Positions 10,484 through 20,080 of a DNA stretch of 64,000 bases are shown here, one piece after another. Position numbers and translations under genes: made by a program. Origin of the DNA: Candidatus Poribacteria bacterium (GTDB lineage Bacteria; Poribacteria; WGA-4E; WGA-3G); NCBI GenBank assembly GCA_965198235.1, contig OZ240248.1, forward strand, positions 3,488,001-3,552,000, written 5' to 3'. Every line of letters starts with the position of its first letter. Position 1 is the stretch's first letter. The notes under the pieces are model-generated. The model had not been told where the DNA came from. It saw only the letters and a list, made by a program, of their open reading frames with translations, and did no database searches.

Positions 10484-11121
10484 TGCTCTGCGTTCTCCTC
10501 CATAGCGGCTGGAAGGGTGCTTTGGGTAGACTCGTTTCCGTTTGATGTGTTAAGGAGTTCGTCAATTTCTTCAAGCGAAGGCAATTCAGAAGCATCTTTC
10601 AAGCCGAATTGTTGGAGGAACTCGTCTGTGGTTGAGAAAAGCAGCGAGCGTCCATTTTTTCTGCCTGCGATACGGACCAGCCCTTTCTCTACCAGTGAAT
10701 TGAGTACACTGTCACTGTTCACACCGCGAAGCGCAGCGACATCGCTCCGCGTTATCGGTTGCTTGTAAGCAACAATTGCGAGGGTCTCAAGTGCTGACGG
10801 GGTCAGTTTGACACGAACCTGTCGCGTATAAAACTTCTGAATCCACTCCGAATATTGTGGATTTGTGCAAATTTGATAGCCATTCGCTATTTCAACAAGA
10901 CGAAAACTGCGTCTCATTTCTTGATAGTCTTGGCGCAGTTCGTCGAGTTCCGTCCGGATAGCGCGTTTGTCTAACTCCGGCAGCACTGCTTGAAACTGTT
11001 CCACTGAAATGGGTTCGCTCGCGGCGAACAGAATCGCTTCCAAAATTGATTTGGGTTTTTGCGCTGATATCGGGTCCGGTTCCTCTATCGGATTGACAGC
11101 GGTAACATATTCAGAATCCAT
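10480..11121 (-). CDS. scpB: SMC-Scp complex subunit ScpB
   Basis: LEAILFAA, ALETLAIVAYKQPITR and TTDEFLQQFGL motifs. Confidence 0.96.
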   Translation of the reverse strand: MDSEYVTAVNPIEEPDPISAQKPKSILEAILFAASEPISVEQFQAVLPELDKRAIRTELDELRQDYQEMRRSFRLVEIANGYQICTNPQYSEWIQKFYTRQVRVKLTPSALETLAIVAYKQPITRSDVAALRGVNSDSVLNSLVEKGLVRIAGRKNGRSLLFSTTDEFLQQFGLKDASELPSLEEIDELLNTSNGNESTQSTLPAAMEENAEQ

Positions 11122-11132
11122 AAACCAAATTC

Positions 11133-11963
11133 CTAATTGTTTCGTTCTTCTGAACGAGTGTTTTCAATGGTCGGAGGTGGTAGTATCTCTTGATCAGACC
11201 CCTCGTACTCCTGTTTAACGATATAGATACTCTCAAAATGGTCGGTTTGAACGGTAACGATTTTTCCTATCCGAATGAGTTCTAAAATGGCGAGGAATGT
11301 TACAATTCGATCTGTCTTGGTTGAAGATAACGGGAACAGATCGTCGAATAGCAATTGGTCTGAACTCTCCAACTGCAGGTCAATAAAAGCGATTTTGTCT
11401 TCAACGGTTATTGTTTCCTCCTCAACCGTTTCGTATACCTCTTCGGTGTCTATCTCCGCAACCCGGTCGTTCACACCCTTAAAAGCGGTAAGAAGATCGA
11501 ACAGCGTCGCCCTGATTTCAAACGCACGCGCACCATCTAAATCTTCGTGCGTCTTAGGGCTTCTGCTATAGATGAGTGTCTGACGTTCGGCATAAACATC
11601 CAGAACTTGGGCAGCCTCTTTGAACTGTTTGTACTCCAAGAGTTGTCTGACGAGTTGCTCTTGATCACCGATTGTGTATTCAGTATCTGGTGTGAGTTGT
11701 GGGAGGATACTTTGCGATTTGATGTGCAGAAGTGTTGCCGCCATCACCAAAAATTCGGATGCCACATCTAAATCTAACTGCTCCATTAGATTCACATATT
11801 CCAGGTACCGGTCGGTGATTTGCGAAATCTGAATATCATAAATATCCATCTCCTCTCTCTGAATCAGATGGAGGAGCAGATCGAGCGGTCCCTCGAAACC
11901 CTCTAACTTCACGGAGTAGATTGGGGCTGTAGAGGCAAGAGTTGGAGTTGTTTCAGTTAGCAT
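11133..11963 (-). CDS. scpA: Segregation/condensation protein ScpA (kleisin)
   Basis: FEGPLDLLLHLI, EFLVMAATLLHIKS and TFLAILEL motifs. Confidence 0.96.
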   Translation of the reverse strand: MLTETTPTLASTAPIYSVKLEGFEGPLDLLLHLIQREEMDIYDIQISQITDRYLEYVNLMEQLDLDVASEFLVMAATLLHIKSQSILPQLTPDTEYTIGDQEQLVRQLLEYKQFKEAAQVLDVYAERQTLIYSRSPKTHEDLDGARAFEIRATLFDLLTAFKGVNDRVAEIDTEEVYETVEEETITVEDKIAFIDLQLESSDQLLFDDLFPLSSTKTDRIVTFLAILELIRIGKIVTVQTDHFESIYIVKQEYEGSDQEILPPPTIENTRSEERNN

Positions 11964-12088
11964 TTTTTATTATCTTTAGTCAGCGCAGTTTTTGTCGTAT
12001 TTTGGATATGTGTTTCCAGAGTTCAGCCCATGATGGCAGATACGTGTATTATTGACTGAAAGCTCATCGGGTAAAAGGGTAGTACTGC

Positions 12089-12814
12089 CTATCGTATACC
12101 TACGATTTTCGCAATCAGATTTAGGATTTCAAAACTAATATTGCTCAAGAATCCGAACACATAGTTCGGTATACCAAAGAGACCCGGTAAAAAAATAAGG
12201 CACATCAGAATCGGCATCCCATACGGACTCAGTTTCTCGAATTGGTGCGCTGTACCTGCGGGAAGCAAGCCTCTCACAACACTGAAACCGTCTAACGGAA
12301 AAAGTGGGAGCATGTTAAACGCCGCGAGAAACACACTTATCAATGCTGTCCGAATTAATTGCCTATTAATCTCAGCGTGAAGTGCAGATTCAGCCGGATT
12401 GAAGGTCGAAAATTCTAATAACAGCTTAATCGCGCCCAAAATCACGAAAGTGAGGACGATATTCATAAAGGGACCCGCAGCAGCGATAAGCATCAGGTCT
12501 CTTCTCGGATTTTTCAGATTGAACGGGTTAACCGGCACCGGCTTTGCCCAGCCGAAGAAACCACCCCCAAAAAGTGTACCGAGCAGTGGGAGTATCAATG
12601 TGCCGATAATGTCAATGTGTACACCCGGATTCAATGACATCCGTCCCAGATCGCGAGCTGTTGGGTCCCCTAACATGTTCGCTGATTTAGCGTGTCCCCA
12701 TTCATGAAAGGTTAACAGAATGATGAACTGTGTAACCACAAGGATTGCTTCATAAGGATCGAAATTAGGCATTATGTGTTTGGCACCGCTTGCAAGCCAA
12801 ATCTTGCTATACAA
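12089..12814 (-). CDS. Site-2 protease (M50 family)
   Basis: HEWGH, GWAKPVPVN, AAGP and FNMLPLFPLDG motifs. Confidence 0.93.
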   Translation of the reverse strand: MYSKIWLASGAKHIMPNFDPYEAILVVTQFIILLTFHEWGHAKSANMLGDPTARDLGRMSLNPGVHIDIIGTLILPLLGTLFGGGFFGWAKPVPVNPFNLKNPRRDLMLIAAAGPFMNIVLTFVILGAIKLLLEFSTFNPAESALHAEINRQLIRTALISVFLAAFNMLPLFPLDGFSVVRGLLPAGTAHQFEKLSPYGMPILMCLIFLPGLFGIPNYVFGFLSNISFEILNLIAKIVGIR

Positions 12815-14246
12815 AGGTCCGCAATCGGGAATATGCCTCCTCTTTTTTGGTAATTTCCCCGTCTAATTGTGCCGCAAACAATTTCCAAAGTCGGATTTCA
12901 AAAGTCTTGCTCGGTTTTTCTCCAAACGCTATCAAGTCTTTTCCTGTGATAAAAGGTTCTATCTTCCGCAGCACAAAAAGGTAATCTATTATTTTTTCCC
13001 GTTTCCACTTTGACAGTGTCGCGTCTACGTAACCGAGTGCCAATGCCTCAATCGGATAAGGCTTTAGCAATTGATAAATCTCACTCGGTTTCGCTGTCTC
13101 CTGCAACGTTGCAAGTGTTTGTTCCAACTGTTTGTAAGCAGTGAGCGGTGTTTCTATCCGATAAAGATTTCCGTCTCCGCATACGTAAGTTGCCATGTTC
13201 TTTGGGTCAACAATGCACCATTTCCCGCTCTGTTGGTCAACGGAAGCATCATCGGATAATGAGATTCCGAGTTTCGCAAAGGCATCCTGTGTCACCTTTT
13301 CGAGTGAAACCTGCCGTTTCAACGCTTGGGCACGGCTTATCAATCGTTGAAGTTGATGTTCCAATACCAATCTGAGACTGAGTGCTTCGATCTGATATAT
13401 CGGTGTGTCGGTTCCAAAAAATGCCATCCAGCGCACCAGTTCAGGCTGAAGTTCTTCGTCTGTAAGATGCGTTGATGTCCAGGTTATTGCCTGTTCTGCC
13501 TTCTTAAAATCGCAGGCAAACGTAGTCGATATATTCCACCCTTGAAAGATAGTTTTCCATACGCCGAGTCGTGTAAGGTGTGCTACGATCTCCGGTGCAT
13601 TCTTCTCAATAAGTATTCTATCAATCTCATTCCGTATCCGTTCACCACTGAGTTGCACTAATACTGGGAGTGCTTCCCGCATCAGAGTCGTGTCGGTTTC
13701 AGGAATACAAAACCCGTAGCGTCCGGCATATCGAAAAGCGCGGAAAATGCGCGTCGGATCATCCGTGAAACTGTGCTTATGTAGTACCCGAATAGTCCGG
13801 GTCTTGAGATCTTCCAAACCACCTGTCTTATCAACGATCTCACCAAAAGTGCTTATATCTAAGCGCATTGCCAAGGCATTAATCGAAAAGTCCCGTCTTC
13901 GCAGATCCTCTGTGATCGTCCCACGTGCTACTGTAGGTAACGTCCCGGCACCTTGATAAGTTTCACGACGGGCGGTAACGAAATCCACTTTGGGAAGGTT
14001 AACGTCGGCGGGCGTGACGGTTGCAGTGCCAAATTGCGGATGTGCGTCCAGTCTCCCGTTCCAACGTTCACACATCGCGTTTGCAATTCGGATTGCATCT
14101 CCTTCTACAACGATGTCGATATCGAGACTCGGTCGTTTGAGCAGGAGGTCCCGGACAAATCCACCGACAAGGTAAGTTCCCTTTCCACCTACCTCACCAA
14201 TTTCATGTAACAGATCCAAGATCGGTTCAGGAATGTTGGGTATCAT
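12807..14246 (-). CDS. cca: tRNA nucleotidyltransferase (CCA- or A-adding class II enzyme)
   Basis: YLVGGFVRDLLL, DIDIVV, RRDFSINA and DDPTRIFRAFRY motifs. Confidence 0.88.
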   Translation of the reverse strand: MIPNIPEPILDLLHEIGEVGGKGTYLVGGFVRDLLLKRPSLDIDIVVEGDAIRIANAMCERWNGRLDAHPQFGTATVTPADVNLPKVDFVTARRETYQGAGTLPTVARGTITEDLRRRDFSINALAMRLDISTFGEIVDKTGGLEDLKTRTIRVLHKHSFTDDPTRIFRAFRYAGRYGFCIPETDTTLMREALPVLVQLSGERIRNEIDRILIEKNAPEIVAHLTRLGVWKTIFQGWNISTTFACDFKKAEQAITWTSTHLTDEELQPELVRWMAFFGTDTPIYQIEALSLRLVLEHQLQRLISRAQALKRQVSLEKVTQDAFAKLGISLSDDASVDQQSGKWCIVDPKNMATYVCGDGNLYRIETPLTAYKQLEQTLATLQETAKPSEIYQLLKPYPIEALALGYVDATLSKWKREKIIDYLFVLRKIEPFITGKDLIAFGEKPSKTFEIRLWKLFAAQLDGEITKKEEAYSRLRTFV

Positions 14247-14483
14247 TTTTTCTGTTTTTTTAACTATTAGAATCTGGGCATCGCTCCACTTCGTTTCGCG
14301 ATGGTATCTGGTACCTCCCTCGCTTGCGGGTGGGATACAGGGGGATTATGAAGGGACCTTAGTTGTCCTGAACCGCGTATGAATTCATCGAAAACCTACC
14401 CGTAATGAAATTATGCCTTAAATGGCATAATTTGTCTTTGCTTTACATTTGGAGGGTAGTCCAGGAGCACATAGTTAGAAAGC

Positions 14484-15164
14484 CTATACGAAGGCGAAGA
14501 CTCGCGTCGGTGCTCCAGAACTGTGTGCCAACTTTAGCGGGGCAAGTACCACATAGAAATGCGTCGGCAATTGGCTTAAATTGCACAGATCTTCAACATG
14601 TGGAATACCAGCGCCAAGAAAAACGAGATGCGCAGGCGGTAAACCATCGTGCAAGGGTGGATGTCCTGCCACTGAGTCGATGCTACATGCATCTGTCCCA
14701 ATAACCTTTATGCCTATTTTGACGAGTCGTTCAGCAGCATCCTCACTAAAGCCGATCCACTCCCGGTTGAAGTTGTCCTGATAGACGAATCTGTCCATTC
14801 CTGTCCGCATAAAGACGATGCTGCCTTCTGGAATCTCGCCATTTTCGGCTATCCATGCTTCAATATCTTCTGCAGTCACAGCGTCGTTCGGTTTCTTGAT
14901 CGCGGAAAAATCCATCAACACGGCATGTCCGGTCAGTTTCTCTTTTGGGATTTCGGCGATAGTTGCGCCACCGGGGTACATTAAACAGGGGGCATCCATG
15001 TGCGTAGAGTAGTGTCCGGACGTGTCAATACGGCTTTCAAAGTAGCCATCTTTTTCCAACGTTGCTTGGTCATAAATTTTGGCAGGATCAATCGGCAGCT
15101 CGCATGGACTCTTTTCATCAACCACATAAGACAGATCCAGCACGTTTTGAAAGTCAAGGTGCAT
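14484..15164 (-). CDS. Cyclase family protein (kynurenine formamidase-like metal hydrolase)
   Basis: HYSTHMDAP, GTDACSID and SSGAPTRVFA motifs. Confidence 0.9.
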   Translation of the reverse strand: MHLDFQNVLDLSYVVDEKSPCELPIDPAKIYDQATLEKDGYFESRIDTSGHYSTHMDAPCLMYPGGATIAEIPKEKLTGHAVLMDFSAIKKPNDAVTAEDIEAWIAENGEIPEGSIVFMRTGMDRFVYQDNFNREWIGFSEDAAERLVKIGIKVIGTDACSIDSVAGHPPLHDGLPPAHLVFLGAGIPHVEDLCNLSQLPTHFYVVLAPLKLAHSSGAPTRVFAFV

Positions 15165-15220
15165 TTTATATTGTTTCTCCTTCCTACAAACATGTCACCC
15201 TTACAAGGCTTATATGTAGT

Positions 15221-15541
15221 GTGATAGACCCCGCCCTAAAGGGCGAGGCTTCCGCGATTTCTGCGGAAGCTTTCATGCGATCAACGACCGCTGCTTTCTC
15301 TGAAAGACTTATGCAGCCTACTGCAACAGACGCTACCCCGACTGCGACACAAAAGTGTCCTTACGAAAAGTTTGTAATGCGTCATGTCTCGCAACAATCG
15401 TGTTGGGCCTTGAGTCCGCTATCCACGAAAAACGCATGTCGAGCTGCGATTTATTGATAGATGACCGTTTTCAGAGCTTTACACTATAGGAACGCTATCA
15501 AGAGCTTCGCAACTACAGCCTCTATAGCAACCTTACACTCT
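15221..15541 (-). ncRNA. Putative structured ~320-nt RNA ending in a TnpB omega/reRNA-like scaffold
   Basis: Lies downstream of the perfect promoter with no credible ORF. Inverted repeats at 15469-15476/15538-15545, 15248-15270 (GCTTCCGC/GCGGAAGC) and GACAC-AAAA-GTGTC. Confidence 0.5.
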
Positions 15542-15547
15542 GAAATT

Positions 15548-15576
15548 ATTATAGCAGATTCAACAACTTGTGTCAA
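15548..15576 (-). promoter_or_regulatory. Perfect sigma70 promoter inside the IS200/IS605-like element
   Basis: Minus strand TTGACA-caagttgttgaatctgc (17 nt)-TATAAT. Confidence 0.85.
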
Positions 15577-15725
15577 GAAAAAACAGCGTCTACATCTCCA
15601 AGCTAAAGCATGGAGTTTTGACGCTGAAAAGGTTGATAACACATCTCCTTGAAATATTCAAGTAACTTGTATTGTCAAACCAGGGCTATTTAGTTTTAAG
15701 GTTTTTGTCCGATTTACGCGAAGAG

Positions 15726-15870
15726 TCGCGAGCTGGGGGAAATCCGAAGAAATGCCCTATCAATCGCAGAAATCCGCAGAAATGCCCTATCAATACGCAG
15801 AAATACCCTATCAAAAACCCCAAGCAAAAACCCCAAGCAAAAACCCCAAGCAAAACACTCGCTCCTACAG
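15726..15870. repeat. REP palindrome interrupted by a 121-nt modular A/C-rich insert
   Basis: TCGCGAGCTGG[15737-15857]CTCGCTCCTACAG. The intact form is the reverse complement of 59655-59680. Confidence 0.8.
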
Positions 15871-15936
15871 GGGATCCGCTCACAAAATTATTAAACGACT
15901 ACAGATAGGTTGCGCGGGTTTATCGAGCATCTGCGA

Positions 15937-16707
15937 TCAGGCATCATAGAAATAGTTCAATACAGTGTTATGCAGGACTCCATTTGTCGCTATTAATGAA
16001 GCGGTATCTTTCGTAATGGCTTCTCCTTGTATATCCGTTACCTTCCCACCGGCTTCCCTCACGATAACGCTGATGGCGGCGATGTCCCAGACGCTAATCG
16101 CCGCTTCAATGACAGCATCCACCCTTCCAGAAGCCACGAGGTGATACATGTAGAAATCGCCAAAGCCTCTCGTGCGTGCAGCGTCGGTGATAAGGTTATA
16201 GATGCCGGGAAAGGTGCCCTTCTCTACGAACCACTTCAGTCCACCGTGGCATACCATTGCATCTTTGGGTTGCGTCACGCTGGAAACGGTTATCGGTTCG
16301 CCATTCAGGAAAGCACCGCTGCCTGCTTCCGCATAGAGGAGTTCGTTCAAAAGTGGTGCGTTGGAAACGCCGAGGATAAGTTCTTCACCTTTCATCAAAG
16401 CAATCTGTGTGCCGAAGATCGGAATTTTTCGGATGTAATTCTTTGTAGCATCAATCGGATCAATAATCCAGACATAAGGGGAATCCCCTTCTTCGATGCC
16501 GTACTCTTCACCTAATAAACCGTGGTCGGGAAATGCCTGTTTGATGGTTTCTCGGATAATTTTTTCCGCCCCTCTATCGGCAAGGGTTACCGGCGTTTCG
16601 TCGGCTTTCAGTTCTACTTTCATGGTGTCGCCGGTGTAGTAAGCGGTGATGATTTTTTCAGCGTTTTTCGCCGCTTCCAACGCGACGGTTAAAAATTGAC
16701 TGGGCAT
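15937..16707 (-). CDS. hisN: Inositol monophosphatase family, probable histidinol-phosphatase
   Basis: WIIDPIDATKNY, RTRGFGDFYMY and WDIAA motifs match the HisN-type IMPase subfamily. Confidence 0.75.
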   Translation of the reverse strand: MPSQFLTVALEAAKNAEKIITAYYTGDTMKVELKADETPVTLADRGAEKIIRETIKQAFPDHGLLGEEYGIEEGDSPYVWIIDPIDATKNYIRKIPIFGTQIALMKGEELILGVSNAPLLNELLYAEAGSGAFLNGEPITVSSVTQPKDAMVCHGGLKWFVEKGTFPGIYNLITDAARTRGFGDFYMYHLVASGRVDAVIEAAISVWDIAAISVIVREAGGKVTDIQGEAITKDTASLIATNGVLHNTVLNYFYDA

Positions 16708-16766
16708 AGATTCTCCTATTTAATTCGTCAAATCAAACGGCACATCGGTGTGTGCTGATTCTTTTT

Positions 16767-18581
16767 CTATCGAAGTGAAATCGCAGGACAATAAATTCCT
16801 TTCCATTCGCGGGACCACCATGTTCCTTCTGAACGTTTTGTAGTGTGGTCGGTGAAGCTATAATCGTAAAGAGTTGCGCGGACATAACGTGGTGGTGTGT
16901 CTGGGAACGGATTTTCTGCCAACAATTGTAGCACCTCAGACCTGCCTTGTAGCAGTCCTCCCATAAAATTGAGAAACCACGGTGTCCTTTGATAACTGCC
17001 TTGTAGGGCAGCAAACCACATCTGCCAATCGAGGCGTGGTTGATGCGGAGCAACCCATTTTGGCGCAACAGTCAGATTTCCCGGTTTCCATCGAAATTGG
17101 TAAGTTTCCCATGTTATCCGATCGTTGCTACCTTCAACGATAATTTCCGGGCGTGATTCCGTCATATCTGCAAAGAGTCCGTAGGTATTCACACTCCGAA
17201 ACGGCGCGATCCAAGCGACATCTGGAAACCTTATCTCTCTGAAAAGTTGTCCACCGAATCGGATGCCGCTCAACAGAAAGAGGAGCGTTGCCACTACCGC
17301 TACGCCGATGCGTCTATATCGGTGAAGGGGTTGTTCGCCGAAGCGGATAGGGGGCATGAACCGTTTTGGGAGCAACCCTTTCCACGTCACATCGTCAATC
17401 AGAAGGAGACATAGCGCAATCGTCAGCAAGTTGAAAAAGCAGTAATTCCCTGTTAGGATGATTAGCAGTTGCAGAGTGACTAACCCGATACATCCCACAG
17501 TCCGTAAACGTCGCGGTGCGAAAATCAGGAACGGGACGACCAATTCAGCCGCGAACATACCGATGATTGAGGCTTTCTGGAACCATTCCGGCAACTGGTG
17601 GGCATACCATCCGAACCCTGTCGGCAACGGCTGTGTTTCATAATGGTAGTTGAGAGCGGTGAGGTTTCGCCACACCTCGTCACTGGCGAGTTTAACAAAC
17701 CCGGAGGCAAACATCAGACGGAACAGGAGCCAACGTAAAAGCCACAGAAACGCAGCGGAGGGTTGGGATGCACGTGTGAATGTATCACGTAGTTGCAGCG
17801 GCGCGAAGAAGATTGCCAGAAAGCCCACCTCTAAGAGCAGGACATCCCACTGGAAGCTTAGAAAAACTTGTCCTGCTGTCACAAGCGACAGATAAAACAC
17901 CCACAAACCGACTAAGGTAAATGAAGGGACAAACCCTGCGATTAAGACGAAGGACAGAAGCACACCACTGGCGCACAATAAATTGAGAGAAGCATCCGAT
18001 GCGTTCAGCCAGAACAGCGTCGGAACGAGGTAATAGCCTTCTGTCTCGATTTGCTGACGGATAGCCTCTAAATACTGTTCTGCTGGTAAAATCCCGTTGC
18101 TCCCAATGAGTCCGTGAATCTGCACCCACAAGGACAAAAAGGCGATGAGGTAGATACAACCGAGTCCGCGCAGGAACAGCCATCTCGAAAAGCAAAACGA
18201 TGTTCTCTCCGTATGTGTCCCCCACAACCATCGCGTCACAGCAGAGAAAAACGGGCGCTGCTGTGCAATGAAACCGTAAATTCCTTCGGACACGCTCGCG
18301 AAACCCGGCAAATGGTAGTAGCACCAGAGAAACCGACCGTTGTTCAAGGCACGCAGGACAGCCTCTGCCCCGCTCAAAACCGTCCCATTCTGAAGAATCA
18401 ACTGAACCGAATTCTCAAACGCTGAAAGCGGTATCTCTGGGAATTGTGCAGCCACCTCTTGGGACGGTGCGTAATCAACACGGTCACCGGTGATGTGCTG
18501 CCATTGAGCAATCCAATATCGGCAAAAGTCGCAGGCGTTATCGTAAACAAGGAGCGGTTTGCTGCTTTGTGATTGCATCAA
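16767..18581 (-). CDS. Lipase maturation factor family protein with an N-terminal DCC (DUF393) thiol-disulfide domain
   Basis: N-terminal YDNACDFC; LMF motifs FQWDVLLLEVG, HYETQPLPT and PHQPRLDWQMWFAAL. Confidence 0.92.
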   Translation of the reverse strand: MMQSQSSKPLLVYDNACDFCRYWIAQWQHITGDRVDYAPSQEVAAQFPEIPLSAFENSVQLILQNGTVLSGAEAVLRALNNGRFLWCYYHLPGFASVSEGIYGFIAQQRPFFSAVTRWLWGTHTERTSFCFSRWLFLRGLGCIYLIAFLSLWVQIHGLIGSNGILPAEQYLEAIRQQIETEGYYLVPTLFWLNASDASLNLLCASGVLLSFVLIAGFVPSFTLVGLWVFYLSLVTAGQVFLSFQWDVLLLEVGFLAIFFAPLQLRDTFTRASQPSAAFLWLLRWLLFRLMFASGFVKLASDEVWRNLTALNYHYETQPLPTGFGWYAHQLPEWFQKASIIGMFAAELVVPFLIFAPRRLRTVGCIGLVTLQLLIILTGNYCFFNLLTIALCLLLIDDVTWKGLLPKRFMPPIRFGEQPLHRYRRIGVAVVATLLFLLSGIRFGGQLFREIRFPDVAWIAPFRSVNTYGLFADMTESRPEIIVEGSNDRITWETYQFRWKPGNLTVAPKWVAPHQPRLDWQMWFAALQGSYQRTPWFLNFMGGLLQGRSEVLQLLAENPFPDTPPRYVRATLYDYSFTDHTTKRSEGTWWSREWKGIYCPAISLR

Positions 18582-18632
18582 AGTTCCCGACGAAGTTTGC
18601 GTAATCCATCGGACATTAACACTGGGAAGAGA

Positions 18633-19862
18633 TTAACGCCATGCCTGATGAATTTTGGCGATAGCTTCCACAATCTGATCCATATCCGTTGCTGAACTGA
18701 GGAAGAGATTTTGGAAAAGCCATACACTCTGCTCGCAGACTGATGCTGCGTTTGGGCACGGCAGCGACCGGATGAGGTGCGGATATTTCTCCGCGACGTA
18801 TGCCATTCCCGGTTCCTGTGAAAGCGGGGAACGGTAACCGATAGAACACGGAATACCTTCGGCAGAGAGCGCGTCTACAAATTCCTGTCGCGATTTACCG
18901 TCAAATCCTTGGGGGTCATACTTCAAGCAGTAGAGATGATACCCGTGTTTGGTAACCCACGGGGCGAGTTTCGGTGGTGTGATACCCTCAATCGCTTTCA
19001 AAGCGTTGGAGAGATAGGTGGCGTTTCGGTTGCGGAGATCGGTTTGTCCCTCTAACAGTTCCAGCCGTACCAACAATATTGCAGCGAGATACTCTGAGGG
19101 ACGGTAGTTCCATCCGAGTCGCGGATATTCCCATCTCGCCCCACCGGGCGCACGTCCCACATTCATAAAGGCGCAGACCCGGTCGTGAATATCCTTATCG
19201 TTTGTGGTAACCATACCGCCTTCACCGGAAGTCAGATTCTTTGACGCTTGGAAACTAAACGCACCGACATCGCTGAGAGATCCAACTTTCTTCGTCTGGT
19301 ATTCGGCGCCGTGTGCTTGTGCGGAGTCCTCAATAATCGCAAGTTGATGACGTTGTGCGATCTCTCGCAATGCCCCCATATCTGCTGGATGACCACCGAG
19401 ATGGACGGGTAGGATCGCGCGAGTTTCAGGACGAATTGCTGCTTCCACTGCCTCTGGATCGATCGTAAACGTCTCCGGTGAAATGTCTACAAACGCTACA
19501 GTACATCGACGTTCCAATACGGCACTCGCCGTCGCTACGAACGTGTAGTTCGGCACAATAACCTCGCCACCATCACTAAATCCGTCGAGATCCAGCGCAG
19601 CAGCTAAGGCGGCACTGATTGAATCGGTGCCGTGCGGCATGAAGAGGGCGTAGTTTGTCCCGGAATACTGGGCATATTGTTCACCCAAACGCTCAATCAT
19701 CGAGCCACCGGAGCCTTCATTCGCGCTCAGGTACACTTCACGGAGCAGCGGTTCAACTTTTGACTCCCACTCTTCAGTCGTGGTAAGTGGCCATGAGGAC
19801 CACGGATCGCTTTCTGTGTTTCGTACAGGTGTGCCGCCTGAAATCGCTAATTGGTTGGGCAT
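18633..19862 (-). CDS. DegT/DnrJ/EryC1/StrS PLP aminotransferase
   Basis: YTFVATASA, IEDSAQAHGA and FSFQASKNLTSGEGG motifs. Confidence 0.93.
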   Translation of the reverse strand: MPNQLAISGGTPVRNTESDPWSSWPLTTTEEWESKVEPLLREVYLSANEGSGGSMIERLGEQYAQYSGTNYALFMPHGTDSISAALAAALDLDGFSDGGEVIVPNYTFVATASAVLERRCTVAFVDISPETFTIDPEAVEAAIRPETRAILPVHLGGHPADMGALREIAQRHQLAIIEDSAQAHGAEYQTKKVGSLSDVGAFSFQASKNLTSGEGGMVTTNDKDIHDRVCAFMNVGRAPGGARWEYPRLGWNYRPSEYLAAILLVRLELLEGQTDLRNRNATYLSNALKAIEGITPPKLAPWVTKHGYHLYCLKYDPQGFDGKSRQEFVDALSAEGIPCSIGYRSPLSQEPGMAYVAEKYPHLIRSLPCPNAASVCEQSVWLFQNLFLSSATDMDQIVEAIAKIHQAWR

Positions 19863-20080
19863 GCAAATCTCCGATCTTCTCTGTTATTTTGCACTTTGCG
19901 TGAAGTCGAACTCCTTACGGCTATTATGGTGAATTATCAAGATATACAGACATTTCAGTGAACAATGGATGACAAAACACTTTCCATCGCTGGCGAGGTT
20001 TCCGGGTTTGTAGTAGGGAAACCATTCATGGTCTCCCGTCAAATGGTAGAGGTACCCTTTGTGAGTGTCTGCTATCTGTT

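Larger units (their letters stand above)
15221..15635 (-). mobile_element. Non-autonomous IS200/IS605-type element without tnpA/tnpB
   Basis: On the minus strand: TTAT (15636-15639), then a left-end hairpin CAGCGTC...CTCCATGCTTTAGCTTGGAG...GACGCTG, and a right end GAAGCCTCGCCCTTTAGGGCGGGGTCTATCAC ending in TCAC. No transposase ORF inside. Confidence 0.75.

Noticed and set aside
15737-15857. Possible CRISPR array
   Set aside because: Units are 8-13 nt, adjacent, without unique spacers, and no cas genes are present.
15062-15949. ORFs 15062-15457, 15461-15652, 15672-15908, 15686-15883 and 15752-15949
   Set aside because: They run across IS-like ends and low-complexity repeats, lack recognisable motifs, and show no TnpA or TnpB similarity.
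15937-19862. DegT aminotransferase plus IMPase as an aminocyclitol biosynthesis cluster
   Set aside because: The IMPase looks HisN-like, an LMF gene lies between them, and no dehydrogenase or glycosyltransferase partners are present.
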